Source: an uncultured Syntrophaceae bacterium (lineage in GTDB: Bacteria; Desulfobacterota; Syntrophia; Syntrophales; UBA2185). Taken from it: a stretch of 64,000 nucleotides of DNA. The position numbers and the translations under genes are program-made. Positions 19,582 through 29,986 of the stretch are shown here, piece by piece. How positions within the stretch are numbered: the first letter of the stretch is position 1; each line of letters opens with the position of its first letter. The stretch spans positions 17,519 through 81,518 of the forward strand of contig CAZMBE010000011.1 in NCBI GenBank assembly GCA_964564625.1. The letters run 5' to 3'. The notes under the pieces are model-generated. The model was given only the letters and a program-made list of their open reading frames with translations. It was not told the origin of the DNA and made no database searches.

Positions 19582-20187
19582 TTATTGTTTCAAATCTTCT
19601 CCTAATTGGAACCGCATAAACCTTCTGATAATAATATTCTCTCCCGTTTTTGCAATCATATTATTGATCAGTGTCTCAATAGTAATATCAGTGTTCTTAA
19701 TGAACTTCTGATGTAGAAGGCATACATCCTCATAATACTTCTTTAGTTTTCCTTCTACTATCTTATCCCATATTTTCTCTGGTTTTTTCTCTGCCAGGGC
19801 CTGGCTTCTATAAATCTCCTTCTCCCGTTTCATGACATCAGGCGGTATATCCTCCGGCTTTATATACGTGGGATTTGATGCGGCAATGTGCATTGTCAGA
19901 TCCTTCGCCAATAGGAGAAAATTATCCGTCTTGGCGACGAAATCAGTTTCGCAATTAAGCTCCACTAAGACCCCTATTCTCCCTCCCATGTGTATATATG
20001 ATGCTATCACACCATCTTTCGCCGCCTTTGATGATCTTTTAGTTGCCGCAGACATTCCTTTTTTCCGAAGGAAATCAATAGCCTTGTCAAAGTTACCATC
20101 AGAAGCGGCAAGTGCCTCTTTGCAGTCCATTATACCGGCACCAGTCTTATCTCTCAGTTCTTTAACCATTGTTGATGAAATACTCAC
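19582..20187 (-). CDS. tsf: Translation elongation factor Ts
   Basis: 201 aa. [37 protein letters not shown] is the UBA-like N-terminal signature. Confidence 0.95.
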   Translation of the reverse strand: MSISSTMVKELRDKTGAGIMDCKEALAASDGNFDKAIDFLRKKGMSAATKRSSKAAKDGVIASYIHMGGRIGVLVELNCETDFVAKTDNFLLLAKDLTMHIAASNPTYIKPEDIPPDVMKREKEIYRSQALAEKKPEKIWDKIVEGKLKKYYEDVCLLHQKFIKNTDITIETLINNMIAKTGENIIIRRFMRFQLGEDLKQ

Positions 20188-20213
20188 TTATTCCTACCTC
20201 CCGGTCATATTAG

Positions 20214-21059
20214 CTATTTGTAATTCCGCTCCATATTACTTTCAACAGTTTCATCAATATCAGTTACTCCGTTCTTAGTTTCCACAGATTCGGGAACATC
20301 TGATTCCATAGTATCAATCCCCGTCAAAATCTCGACCGGTACTTCTTTATCAGTGTGAGCTTGTATATTTTCCTCAAATCTTTTTTTCCCATCAACGACC
20401 GCGTCTGCAATTTTGGAAGCGAACAATTTAATTGCCCTGATGGCATCATCATTACCGGGGATAATATAATCGATGTCATCAGGATCACAATTCGTATCAA
20501 CTATCGCTACGATGGGGATCCTCAGTTTCTGCGCTTCCTTGATAGCAATACTTTCCCTCTTAGGGTCAACAACAAATAACCCTCCGGGCAAACGTTTAAC
20601 TGCTTTTATACCACCCAGTACCTTCTCAAGTTTGTTCATTTCTTTCTGGAGTTTCATAATTTCTTTTTTAGGAAAAGCTTTGATGCTGTCATCCTCAAAC
20701 ATTTTCTGCAGTCCGTTCAGCCTTTCTATCCTTTTGCTGATCGTATTAAAGTTTGTAAGCATGCCGCCTAACCATCTCTGATTCACGTAAGGCATTGCAC
20801 ACCTCTCGGCTTCTTCTTTGACAGCTTCCTGAGATTGCTTTTTCGTTCCTATAAAGAGAACTTCCTTCCCTTCTGCTACCAGGTTAACAACGAAATCATA
20901 CGCAGCCTGGAACATTCCTACCGTCTGCTGAAGGTCAATAATGTAAATCCCGTTTCTAGCCCCGAATATGTAAGGCTTCATCTTCGGATTCCACTTGTTC
21001 GTCTGATGACCAAAGTGGACACCCGCTTCTAATAACAGTTTCATGGAAATACTCGCCAT
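20214..21059 (-). CDS. rpsB: 30S ribosomal protein S2, with an acidic C-terminal extension
   Basis: 281 aa. [35 protein letters not shown] and [24 protein letters not shown]. Confidence 0.96.
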   Translation of the reverse strand: MASISMKLLLEAGVHFGHQTNKWNPKMKPYIFGARNGIYIIDLQQTVGMFQAAYDFVVNLVAEGKEVLFIGTKKQSQEAVKEEAERCAMPYVNQRWLGGMLTNFNTISKRIERLNGLQKMFEDDSIKAFPKKEIMKLQKEMNKLEKVLGGIKAVKRLPGGLFVVDPKRESIAIKEAQKLRIPIVAIVDTNCDPDDIDYIIPGNDDAIRAIKLFASKIADAVVDGKKRFEENIQAHTDKEVPVEILTGIDTMESDVPESVETKNGVTDIDETVESNMERNYK

Positions 21060-21212
21060 TTTTTAACTCCTTTTATGTTTTTACCTCCATCCTTATCATT
21101 TTGCACAGGAAACTTTTCTCATGAAAAGCAACATTCCGTCAATCAAAGGATGTGTGAAATTCGATGGCAGATAGCATAAAGATTATTAATTAGCAAGTGA
21201 AAAAGGTGGCAT

Positions 21213-22433
21213 TTATGTATGATAGTGCGCATTAATCTTGATATATTCCAAAGAAAGATCAGAGGCACATACTCTATACGATTTATTCCCCATACCAAGC
21301 AGTAAATGCACCATTATTTCTTTTCTTGTCATGATTTCTTCCAGTTCTTTCTCACACCCCTCGGTTCGGCATCCGTTAGTAAATACCGGAATATTTTCAA
21401 TGTACAGCGTAAGGGTATCAATAGGGAATTGTACCCCGGCGGAACCGGCAGCGGCGATAATTCTCCCCCAGTTGGGATCACAACCATAGAATGCCGTTTT
21501 CACAAGATTAGAGTTGGCAATGGCATAGGCAATCCTTTTCGCGTCTTCAATTGATTTTGCCTTATCAATGAAAATGTCTATAACCTTTGTCGCCCCTTCA
21601 CCATCCCTGACCATATGCCGTGAAAGATCAGACATGACATGGAAAAGCATTTCCTTAAACAAAGATGTATTCGCAGAATATGATCTAAGTTGTTTGTTTC
21701 CGGCAATGCCATTTGCTAATATTATGGCTGTATCATTTGTGCTCATGCATCCATCAACTGTTATGGCATTGAAACTTCTGTCTGCGGCCTCCTTAAATAC
21801 TGTTTTAAGAATACGAGAATCTATATCCGCATCGGTTATTACAAATGCAAGCATGGTTGCCATATGAGGTTCTATCATGCCTGCCCCTTTCGCAACACCG
21901 CACACGGTTATTGCCTTCGAACCGATGATTCCCTTCTGACACGCTATTTTAGGGAATTTATCCGTTGTCATTATTGCTTCGGCGGCGAGAGGAAGTCCAT
22001 CTTGGCGCAAACCATTCACAAGTTCTCTCATGCCTATGCTGATATTCTCTAAGGGAAGCCTATGTCCTATTACACCGGTAGATGCCACAAGCACAAGGTC
22101 ATCATCAACATTCAGAGCCTCGGAAGCACTTCTAGACATAGCTACTGCGTCATAATATCCAGAGGAGCCAGTGGCTGCATTTGCGTTCCCGCTGTTTGCC
22201 ACAATTGCCTGAGCCATACCTGTTTTCATCCTTTCCATATCGAGGAGGACAGGTGCTGCTTTCAGGCAATTTTTCGTAAATAAAGCTGACGCCTTTGCCG
22301 GGACAGTGGAAAATATCAAGGCAAGATCCTTCATGCCATCCTGCTTAATGCCCGTATGAATGCCGTTGGCAAGAAAACCGGGTACAGCAAATGTTTCTTT
22401 ATTCTGAGTCATAATATATGTATAATCTCCCAT
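21213..22433 (-). CDS. argJ: Bifunctional glutamate N-acetyltransferase / amino-acid acetyltransferase ArgJ
   Basis: VPGFLANGIHTGIKQDGMKDLALIFS N-terminus and the autoprocessing region PHMATMLAFVITDA. The track ORF (to 22481) overlaps the secA 3' end, so the start is more likely ATG 22433 or 22412. Confidence 0.9.
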   Translation of the reverse strand: MGDYTYIMTQNKETFAVPGFLANGIHTGIKQDGMKDLALIFSTVPAKASALFTKNCLKAAPVLLDMERMKTGMAQAIVANSGNANAATGSSGYYDAVAMSRSASEALNVDDDLVLVASTGVIGHRLPLENISIGMRELVNGLRQDGLPLAAEAIMTTDKFPKIACQKGIIGSKAITVCGVAKGAGMIEPHMATMLAFVITDADIDSRILKTVFKEAADRSFNAITVDGCMSTNDTAIILANGIAGNKQLRSYSANTSLFKEMLFHVMSDLSRHMVRDGEGATKVIDIFIDKAKSIEDAKRIAYAIANSNLVKTAFYGCDPNWGRIIAAAGSAGVQFPIDTLTLYIENIPVFTNGCRTEGCEKELEEIMTRKEIMVHLLLGMGNKSYRVCASDLSLEYIKINAHYHT

Positions 22434-22441
22434 AACATAAT

Positions 22442-24958
22442 TTATCCGCAACACTTCTTGAACTTTTTTCCGCTCCCGCATGGGCAGGGATCATTTCTTC
22501 CAACTTTTTTAGCATCTTTCTTCACAGTTGATGACTGAGCCATTTCTTCCCCACGGCTCAGCACATACTCACGGCTGGCCCTCTCCTGCATCTCATCAAT
22601 TTCTTCCTCGCGCTGGATCCTTACGATACATAACTTTTCGAGGGTATCTTCTTTAACTCGATGGATCATATCCATAAACATTTCATAACCCTCTTTCTGA
22701 TATTCCCTGACGGGATCCTTCTGACCATATCCTCTAAGACCGATACCCTCCTTCAGGTGATCCATACTGAGAAGATGGTCCTTCCAGTGTGTATCAATAG
22801 ACTGCAGCATGATGACTTTCATGAGATAGTCCATGAGTGGTTTACCATATTCATGTTCTTTACTTTGAAGCAGCGTTTTTACTCCCGAAATGACAGTTTC
22901 CTTTATGCCTTCTGTTCCTACATTGTCAACTCTCTCAGTGAGATTCATTCGGAGGGAAAATTGTCTAAATATGCGATCATCGAGACCCTTGAGGTTCCAT
23001 TCCTCAGGATGAGACTTCTCGTCCATATATTCCAGGATCAGTTCTTCCACAATCTCTTCCAACATATCATCGATATCAACTGATAAATCCTCCCCTTTCA
23101 GCACCCTCTTTCTTTGTTCATAAATAACCTGCCTCTGCCTATTCATTACGTCATCAAATTCGAGGAGGTGCTTACGAATATCGAAATTATGGGATTCTAC
23201 CCTTTTTTGCGCATTCTCTATGGCCTTGGAAATGAGCTTATGCTCAATAGGCTGATTCTCTTCCATACCGATCCGGTCCATAATGGATGAAATTCTTTCG
23301 GCACCAAATATCCTGAGAAGATCGTCCTCGAGAGCAAGATAAAATCGAGAAGAGCCCATGTCTCCCTGGCGTCCAGATCTCCCCCTGAGCTGGTTGTCGA
23401 TGCGACGGCTTTCATGTCTTTCCGTACCGAGGATATGCAATCCCCCGAGCTCTGCTACTCCATCACCGAGCTTTATATCAGTACCTCGACCAGCCATATT
23501 TGTCGATATCGTTACCATGCCAGGCTGCCCTGCCTGGGCAATAATTTCAGCCTCTTTCTCATGATGCTTCGCGTTCAGAACATGATGCTTGATTCCGGTT
23601 CGTGAAAGATATCTGCTTAAGAGTTCAGATTTTTCAATGGATATAGTACCAACAAGGACAGGTCTTTTTTGCTTGTGCAGTGCTTTAATCTCATCAATAA
23701 CGGCATTAAACTTTTCCGCTTCTGTTTTGTAAATTATATCGGGATTGTCCACTCTGATCATCGGCATATTTGTCGGAATTACCACAACGTCTAGGTTGTA
23801 AATCTTCTTAAATTCAGCCGCTTCTGTATCGGCTGTTCCTGTCATGCCGGCCAGTTTCTTATACATCCTAAAGTAGTTTTGGAACGTTATTGATGCAAGT
23901 GTCTGGTTTTCTCTCTCTATTGTTACCTTCTCCTTAGCTTCCAGGGCTTGATGCAAACCATCACTGTAACGTCTTCCCGGCATGACCCTCCCCGTAAATT
24001 CGTCAACGATTATGACTTTGCCTTCTTTGACCAGATAATCCACATCACGCTTAAAAAGCGCATGCGCTTTCAGCGCCTGGTTAACATGATGAAGGATCTC
24101 CATGTTTCTTGGTTCAAAGAGATTCTGAACTTTCAGATAATTCTCTACATGTGCGACACCCTCTTCCGTTAAAACAACGGTACGGCTTTTTTCATCGATA
24201 GTGTAATCCTTGTCTTTTCTCAGTCTTGGTATTACCTGGTTGATTCTATAGTACTTATCCGTAGACTCTTCCGATGGGCCCGAAATTATAAGCGGAGTTC
24301 TCGCCTCATCAATGAGGATACTGTCTACCTCATCAACAATGGCATAGTTAAAGTCGCGCTGCACATAATCATCAAGGCTGAACTTCATATTATCGCGGAG
24401 GTAGTCGAAACCAAACTCATTATTTGTGCCATACGTTATGTCTGCCCGATATGCACCCCTTCTTTCGTGATCATCCATGCCATGAACAATGACACCGACA
24501 GTGAGGCCGAGGAATTTATAAATGGGACCCATCCACTCAGCATCTCTCTTTGCCAGATAATCATTTACTGTAACCAAATGACATCCTTCTCCTGTAAGAG
24601 CGTTTAAATAAAGTGGCATGGTTGCCGCAAGTGTTTTCCCCTCGCCCGTTTTCATCTCGGCGATCTTCCCTTCGTGAAGCACCAAACCCCCGATTATTTG
24701 AACATCAAATGGTCTCATGAGTAATGTTCGTCTGGCAGCCTCTCTCACAACAGCAAATGCTTCGATCAGTAAATCATCAACTTCAGATCCATTTTTTAAT
24801 TTCTCCTTGAAGTATGATGTTTTTGCTCTCAGCTCTCCATCGCTTAAGGTTGCAATGGCTGATTCAAGATTATTTATTTCTTCAAGGATAAAAGACAGTC
24901 GCTTTAATTCTCGATCATTTTTATTGCCAATTACCTTTTCTAAAAGTGAAGAAAGCAT
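22442..24958 (-). CDS. secA: Preprotein translocase ATPase SecA
   Basis: 838 aa. MKTGEGKTL Walker [20 protein letters not shown], and a C-terminal zinc finger [18 protein letters not shown]. Confidence 0.97.
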   Translation of the reverse strand: MLSSLLEKVIGNKNDRELKRLSFILEEINNLESAIATLSDGELRAKTSYFKEKLKNGSEVDDLLIEAFAVVREAARRTLLMRPFDVQIIGGLVLHEGKIAEMKTGEGKTLAATMPLYLNALTGEGCHLVTVNDYLAKRDAEWMGPIYKFLGLTVGVIVHGMDDHERRGAYRADITYGTNNEFGFDYLRDNMKFSLDDYVQRDFNYAIVDEVDSILIDEARTPLIISGPSEESTDKYYRINQVIPRLRKDKDYTIDEKSRTVVLTEEGVAHVENYLKVQNLFEPRNMEILHHVNQALKAHALFKRDVDYLVKEGKVIIVDEFTGRVMPGRRYSDGLHQALEAKEKVTIERENQTLASITFQNYFRMYKKLAGMTGTADTEAAEFKKIYNLDVVVIPTNMPMIRVDNPDIIYKTEAEKFNAVIDEIKALHKQKRPVLVGTISIEKSELLSRYLSRTGIKHHVLNAKHHEKEAEIIAQAGQPGMVTISTNMAGRGTDIKLGDGVAELGGLHILGTERHESRRIDNQLRGRSGRQGDMGSSRFYLALEDDLLRIFGAERISSIMDRIGMEENQPIEHKLISKAIENAQKRVESHNFDIRKHLLEFDDVMNRQRQVIYEQRKRVLKGEDLSVDIDDMLEEIVEELILEYMDEKSHPEEWNLKGLDDRIFRQFSLRMNLTERVDNVGTEGIKETVISGVKTLLQSKEHEYGKPLMDYLMKVIMLQSIDTHWKDHLLSMDHLKEGIGLRGYGQKDPVREYQKEGYEMFMDMIHRVKEDTLEKLCIVRIQREEEIDEMQERASREYVLSRGEEMAQSSTVKKDAKKVGRNDPCPCGSGKKFKKCCG

Positions 24959-24970
24959 TTTCCAACCCCT

Positions 24971-24993
24971 AAAAAAAAACCGGTATATACCGG
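24971..24993 (-). terminator. Terminator-like hairpin plus U9 between the M23 peptidase gene and secA
   Basis: Minus strand: palindrome ccggtatataccgg (24993-24980) followed directly by nine T (24979-24971). The tract ends 12 nt before the secA ATG. Confidence 0.5.
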
Positions 24994-25052
24994 GAATTGT
25001 AATTTCTCTGTGTGTAATCTCTCGATCTTGTGTTAAGGACCGGGAACTGAAA

Positions 25053-25958
25053 TTAATTCAAATACCGTCTGGGATTTATCGGCACACCGTTCAAGAACAC
25101 AGAATAATGAAGATGATAACCTGTGCTGCGACCTGTATTTCCGACATAACCGATCAGATCTCCCCGCTTCACAATAGCCCCTTGAGTTAGGACACTTCTG
25201 AAAAGGTGGCCATACAAAGTCGACATACCGTATCCATGATCTATTTTAACAGCATTCCCCGTTTCTCGATCAAAAAATACCTCGCTCACTATGCCGTCAG
25301 CAGGTGCTGTTACCTGTACACCCGCTTGCGCTGCGATATCAATTCCTTTATGAAATTCCCTCGCTCCGCCGAAAGGTGATGCTCTGTAGCCAAACTCTGA
25401 TGTAACCCATCCCTGAACAGGCCACATAGATGGTGTAGCAGCAATTATGGATCTCTGTTTTTTCAAATACTTCATTAATTCATAAAAACTTTTTTCCTGT
25501 TCATTTGCATCTTTTGTGAGTTGATCAACATCTTGATGAATTTTTGCTATTATAATCTTTTGATCTGTCCCGGTACCCGATTTAAACCGCATTTCTTCAT
25601 TACTTGCACCACCGATACCAAGAAGTTGTCCTTTATAGCGATTATCTTCAACATTTGCCATTGTCCTTATATTTTTATCGAGCTGATTGAGTTCATCCAT
25701 TTTCATAGAAAAAATGTTAACTTTTTCAACCAATGCGCCGATTTCCACTTTCTGTTCTATCGCTTGTTTTCTTAATCTTTCCAGCTCAATTCTTTCTCTT
25801 TTTATTGTAATATAATCAAAATATATATACATGGAAGACAGGAGAATAATTACCGTACAACATGCAAGGCCCTTTAAAAGACTACTCGAAAGTATAAATT
25901 TCCTTACAGCACTTTTTTTCTTGGGGATTATCAGGAAGGTATAAAAATTTTGAGACAT
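25053..25958 (-). CDS. M23 family metallopeptidase with N-terminal TM segment and coiled coil (EnvC/murein-hydrolase-activator-like)
   Basis: 301 aa. [22 protein letters not shown] and [17 protein letters not shown] are the HxxxD / HxH LytM-type motifs. Confidence 0.88.
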   Translation of the reverse strand: MSQNFYTFLIIPKKKSAVRKFILSSSLLKGLACCTVIILLSSMYIYFDYITIKRERIELERLRKQAIEQKVEIGALVEKVNIFSMKMDELNQLDKNIRTMANVEDNRYKGQLLGIGGASNEEMRFKSGTGTDQKIIIAKIHQDVDQLTKDANEQEKSFYELMKYLKKQRSIIAATPSMWPVQGWVTSEFGYRASPFGGAREFHKGIDIAAQAGVQVTAPADGIVSEVFFDRETGNAVKIDHGYGMSTLYGHLFRSVLTQGAIVKRGDLIGYVGNTGRSTGYHLHYSVFLNGVPINPRRYLN

Positions 25959-26137
25959 CTCTATTCCTTTTAATATCCTAACATGAGTGAAAAGAAATTT
26001 TAAGCTGTATTCATACCAAAAGTCAAGGAGAGTTTCTTTACTTTACAGAAAATTGACTTGACTTTGCAGGGAGTAATAAGCTACACACCGCGTTGATGAT
26101 GAATATTTGTTACTGGTAATCGTAGAAAGGAGTTCCA

Positions 26138-28213
26138 ATGGCAAAATTTGAATCTAATGTGTTAAGAAATGTGGCAATTGTAGGGCACGGGGCAACCGGA
26201 AAGACGTCTCTATGTGAGGCTCTACTTTACATCGCCGGCAAAACAGATCGTCCAGGAAGGGTTGACGAGGGTACTTCCAGCATGGACTTTGAGCCAGAAG
26301 AACAGAAACGGCGTATCTCAATTAGTGCCGCCACAAATTTCTTTGAATGGGAAAAACACAAAATTACTATTCTTGACACACCAGGGGATTCCAATTTTGC
26401 ATACGATACCAGAAATTGTCTACGTATTACAGATGGTATAATAATAGTAATTGATGCCGTAGGTGGTGTTGAATTTCAAACCGAAAAGGTCTGGGAATAC
26501 GCCAATGAGTTCAAGCTTCCCCGCATCATGTTTATCAACAGAATGGACCGCGAAAGAGCTGATTTTGGAAAAAGCATCGAAAGTATCATGAACCGTCTTG
26601 GAAAAAAAGCAACTCCTCTATTCCTTCCCATCGGTGCGGAGGATTCTTTTAAGGGCGTAGTTGACCTTATTCAAAAAAAAGCCTTGATCTTTGATAACCT
26701 GAAGGGGACATACAAAGCGACAGACATACCGTCAGATATGGTAGACACCGTTGCAAAATTCCGGGAGAATATGGTTGAAGACATCGCGGAATCCGATGAT
26801 GCGTTGATGGATAAATACCTTGATACAGGAGAGCTTAGTCATGACGAGCTGACAGCAGGTCTCAGGAAAAGTGTAATTGCCGGCACTCTCATTCCTGTAG
26901 TATGCGGTTCTGCATTGAAGAACATTGGTATTACACCCTTAATTGATTTAATTGTAAACGTTCTGCCCTCTCCTTTAGATCGTGGCCCGGTCACTGGAAA
27001 AAAACCAGGTACAGATGACACGGAGATAAGAAATCCTGATGAATCTGACCCTTTCTCCGCGATAGTCTTTAAGACCATTGCTGATCCGTACGCCGGCAGA
27101 TTAACATTATTTCGGACTTTTTCTGGAACGGTCAGCGCTGATTCAACATTTTATAATTCAAAGCGCAAAATCACAGAAAGGTTTGGAAATATATTTTTTC
27201 TAGAGGGTAAAAATCAGAAATCAGTTGAATCTCTCGTGCCTGGTGATATTGCTGCAGTGGCTAAATTAAAAGAAACCGTGACGGGCGATACGATATGCAA
27301 TGAAAAATCTCCTGTTGTTTTTGAAAAGGTTATACCTCCTCCGCCCATCATGTCCTTTGCTGTCAGTCCCAAGAGCAGGGGAGATGAGGAAAAGATCGTT
27401 TCATCAATCAATAGGATAATAGAGGAAGATCCTACTCTGACATTTCACCGGGATGAACAGACTAAGGAAATGATCCTATCCGGTATGGGACAGGTTCATA
27501 TCGAAGTTTCCGTAGAAAAAATGAAGCGGAAATTCGGTGTGGAAGTAACCTTAAAAACTCCTAAAGTGCCTTACAAGGAAACAATCAAGGGGAAAACAAA
27601 TGTTCAGGGCAAATATAAGAAACAGTCCGGCGGTCGCGGACAATTCGGTGATTGCTGGCTCGATATTGAACCATTGCCAAGAGGCGGGGGTTTTGACTTT
27701 GTGGATAAAATTGTCGGTGGTGTTATTCCTCAACAGTATCGGCCTGCAGTGGAAAAGGGAATTGTCGAAGCAATGGGGGAAGGTGTTGTCGCCGGATACC
27801 CTGTTGTTGATGTCAAAGTTTCATTAGTAGACGGATCTTACCACACGGTTGACTCATCTGAAATGGCTTTTAAAATAGCTGGTTCTCTTGGCTTTAAAAA
27901 AGGTGTTCTTGCGTGTCAGCCGGTTCTTCTCGAACCCATCGTCAATATAGACATTGAGATACCAGATGAGTATATGGGTGATGTCATTGGCGATCTGAAC
28001 GGGCGGCGCGGTAAAGTCCTTGGAATGGAATCAAAAGGGGTCAACAGAATCATAAAAGGCCAGGTGCCTCTTGCAGAAATTCTCAGGTACGCACCTGATC
28101 TTCGCTCTATGACCAGCGGCAGAGGGACATTCACATATGAACACTCTCATTACGAAGAAGTTCCTTCATTCATCGCAGAGAAGGTCATTGCCGAGTCGAA
28201 AAAGGAACAATAA
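26138..28213 (+). CDS. fusA: Elongation factor G paralog (located outside an rpsL-rpsG operon)
   Basis: 691 aa. GTPase motifs NVAIVGHGATGKTS, DTPGDSNF and NRMD, plus EF-G domains IV and V. AAAGGAG Shine-Dalgarno upstream. Confidence 0.9.
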   Translation: MAKFESNVLRNVAIVGHGATGKTSLCEALLYIAGKTDRPGRVDEGTSSMDFEPEEQKRRISISAATNFFEWEKHKITILDTPGDSNFAYDTRNCLRITDGIIIVIDAVGGVEFQTEKVWEYANEFKLPRIMFINRMDRERADFGKSIESIMNRLGKKATPLFLPIGAEDSFKGVVDLIQKKALIFDNLKGTYKATDIPSDMVDTVAKFRENMVEDIAESDDALMDKYLDTGELSHDELTAGLRKSVIAGTLIPVVCGSALKNIGITPLIDLIVNVLPSPLDRGPVTGKKPGTDDTEIRNPDESDPFSAIVFKTIADPYAGRLTLFRTFSGTVSADSTFYNSKRKITERFGNIFFLEGKNQKSVESLVPGDIAAVAKLKETVTGDTICNEKSPVVFEKVIPPPPIMSFAVSPKSRGDEEKIVSSINRIIEEDPTLTFHRDEQTKEMILSGMGQVHIEVSVEKMKRKFGVEVTLKTPKVPYKETIKGKTNVQGKYKKQSGGRGQFGDCWLDIEPLPRGGGFDFVDKIVGGVIPQQYRPAVEKGIVEAMGEGVVAGYPVVDVKVSLVDGSYHTVDSSEMAFKIAGSLGFKKGVLACQPVLLEPIVNIDIEIPDEYMGDVIGDLNGRRGKVLGMESKGVNRIIKGQVPLAEILRYAPDLRSMTSGRGTFTYEHSHYEEVPSFIAEKVIAESKKEQ

Positions 28214-28216
28214 TAA

Positions 28217-28708
28217 ATGGTCATTTACGCGGGTGTTATAACCATTAGCGATAAAGGCTCCCGTGGGGAACGCGAGGATTTAAGTGGTAAGGAAATTATC
28301 ACGTTGTTGAAGGATATAAATGTTGTGATCGCCCATTCCAAGATAATCCCAGATGAAAAAAAAATAATTTGCGATACTTTGATTGATTATGCTGATAAAA
28401 AGACACTTGCTCTAATTATAACCACAGGTGGCACCGGTGTGAGTCCCAGAGATGTAACACCAGATGCAACACTCGAAGTTATAGATAAAGAAATACCGGG
28501 TATGGCTGAAGCGATGCGACGGGAAAGCGCTGTACTAACACCACACGCAATGATATCACGCGCCGTCGTCGGTATTAGAGGCAACTCTCTGATCGTGAAT
28601 CTCCCTGGCTCTCCTAGAGCTGTCCGGGAAAACCTCACGGTTCTCTTGCCTGCACTGAAACATACAATTGAAAAAATCAGAGGGGATAACTCTGAATGTG
28701 CATCTTGA
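28217..28708 (+). CDS. mog: Molybdenum cofactor biosynthesis protein (MogA/MoaB family)
   Basis: 163 aa. ITISDKGSRGEREDLSG and LIITTGGTGVSPRDVTPDA motifs. Starts 3 nt after the EF-G stop. Confidence 0.88.
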   Translation: MVIYAGVITISDKGSRGEREDLSGKEIITLLKDINVVIAHSKIIPDEKKIICDTLIDYADKKTLALIITTGGTGVSPRDVTPDATLEVIDKEIPGMAEAMRRESAVLTPHAMISRAVVGIRGNSLIVNLPGSPRAVRENLTVLLPALKHTIEKIRGDNSECAS

Positions 28709-29144
28709 GGTGGTACTGAGCTTTCTCAATATGTGTGCCACGCCAGAAAACACGTTTGCAGTGTAAACACATACGAAATTCATTATGACTGGCAAATATA
28801 TAGTCTGGAACCATTCCAGAAATCTCTTCTTTTTCTACCTCCATTAATTTTTCATTACATCTCACACAGATGCTGAACATACGTTCAGATTCCGGAACAA
28901 AGGGCAGTTTGTCCATAATCTCCACAAGCTGCTCAAATACAGTATCACTTTGAATCATAACGCCCCCCCCCGGAGACAGTCCTCTGAGTATAGCTTTTTT
29001 TCTTGTCAGGGCAACTCTACCCTCTCTCTCGGCCTTTCTAAGAAATGCCCTATCTGCATTTTCTGGATAGAATACAGTATTATACCCTAATATTCGCAGC
29101 CATTTGGCTAATTTTCCCAGATTCACATCTGCTATAAATTTCAC
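28677..29144 (-). CDS. Mut7-C RNase-domain protein (PIN-like N-terminal half plus C-terminal zinc ribbon; DUF82)
   Basis: 155 aa, GTG start. FIADVNLGKLAKWLRILGY N-terminus and C-terminal CVRCN...CLHCKRVFWRGTH. The 3' end overlaps the mogA 3' end by 32 nt (convergent). Confidence 0.8.
   Translation of the reverse strand: MKFIADVNLGKLAKWLRILGYNTVFYPENADRAFLRKAEREGRVALTRKKAILRGLSPGGGVMIQSDTVFEQLVEIMDKLPFVPESERMFSICVRCNEKLMEVEKEEISGMVPDYIFASHNEFRMCLHCKRVFWRGTHIEKAQYHLKMHIQSYPL
28963..28971 (-). repeat. Homopolymeric G9 tract (C9 on the plus strand) inside the Mut7-C coding sequence
   Basis: The plus strand reads cg-ccccccccc-gg. It encodes P58-G59-G60-G61 (ccg ggg ggg ggc) in the linker between the PIN-like half and the zinc ribbon. 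It is the longest G/C run I saw in the window. Confidence 0.9.
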
Positions 29145-29176
29145 TTATAAAATCTACTTACAAAATTCTGCTATTG

Positions 29177-29488
29177 TTACTCGCTGAGATTTTTTTGTTC
29201 CTCATCGACAACAAGTTCTTTCTTACTATCTCTTACCTCTCTTCTAAGCTCCCTTACTGTTTTATTTAATTTATTTATTGTTCTATTGAGTCTAAATCTC
29301 TCTACGATGCCCATAAACCCTGTAAAAATGACACCCACAAGAAATGCTATAAAAACTAGCATATAGGTGGGTATAGCCACATTTATAAGATCATAGTATT
29401 TCAAGCTGATTGGCAATGTATTCTCCAGAGAAAATGTAATGATGAAAAGCATGAGCAGCACAAGAATAATCGTATAGATAACCTTCAT
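29177..29488 (-). CDS. lapA: LapA-domain (DUF1049) inner-membrane protein
   Basis: MKVIYTIILVLLMLFIITFSLEN, a second TM segment, then a charged coiled tail (RLNRTINKLNKTVRELRREVRDSKKEL). The start at ATG 29488 lies 1 nt after the HIT stop. The track ORF extends to 29536. Confidence 0.7.
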   Translation of the reverse strand: MKVIYTIILVLLMLFIITFSLENTLPISLKYYDLINVAIPTYMLVFIAFLVGVIFTGFMGIVERFRLNRTINKLNKTVRELRREVRDSKKELVVDEEQKNLSE

Positions 29489-29489
29489 T

Positions 29490-29975
29490 TCATACCTCCA
29501 CACAATACTTTTTAAAATGCGGCAGAAGAAGCTCACACGTTTTGTAAATCTCTTCCGGAATTACGCGGACATCACCTACAACGCTCATGAAGTTTGTATC
29601 ACCAATCCACCTCGGTACTATATGCACATGAATATGATCGTCTATACCGGCACCGGCTGCCTTTCCAAGATTTATGCCTATATTAAAACCATCCGGGTGT
29701 ATTGCCGATTTCAAAACCCTCACCGAAATATCCTGAAGATTAAATATCTCCAGTCTTTCTTCCGGAAGGAGATCTTCCAGTTGGCTTATGTGCCTGAAGG
29801 GCACAATCATAAGATGACCGCTTATATAGGGATATCGATTCATCATGACAAACGCGTTTTTCCCTTCAAAAAGCACGAGATCATGACATCTGATTGAGTC
29901 TTTGCAAAAAATGCAGCCAGCCGGCTTTTCGCTCATTATAAATTCCATTCTCCAGGGTGCGTATAACTTTTCCAT
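29490..29975 (-). CDS. HIT family nucleotide hydrolase/transferase
   Basis: 161 aa. Histidine triad DDHIHVHIVPRW, and an N-terminus LYAPWRMEFI...CIFC typical of the Ap4A-phosphorylase-like HIT branch. Confidence 0.85.
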   Translation of the reverse strand: MEKLYAPWRMEFIMSEKPAGCIFCKDSIRCHDLVLFEGKNAFVMMNRYPYISGHLMIVPFRHISQLEDLLPEERLEIFNLQDISVRVLKSAIHPDGFNIGINLGKAAGAGIDDHIHVHIVPRWIGDTNFMSVVGDVRVIPEEIYKTCELLLPHFKKYCVEV

Positions 29976-29986
29976 TTAACGAAACC

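Noticed and set aside
19832-20278. Long antisense ORFs inside well-supported genes (for example 19832-20278, 24717-25190, 22661-23083, 32581-32988, 45399-45812, 49622-50095, 52819-53232, 56554-56979)
   Set aside because: All lie opposite strongly conserved genes, have Ser/Leu/Pro/Ile-rich shadow-frame composition and lack start-site signals. They are classic shadow ORFs.
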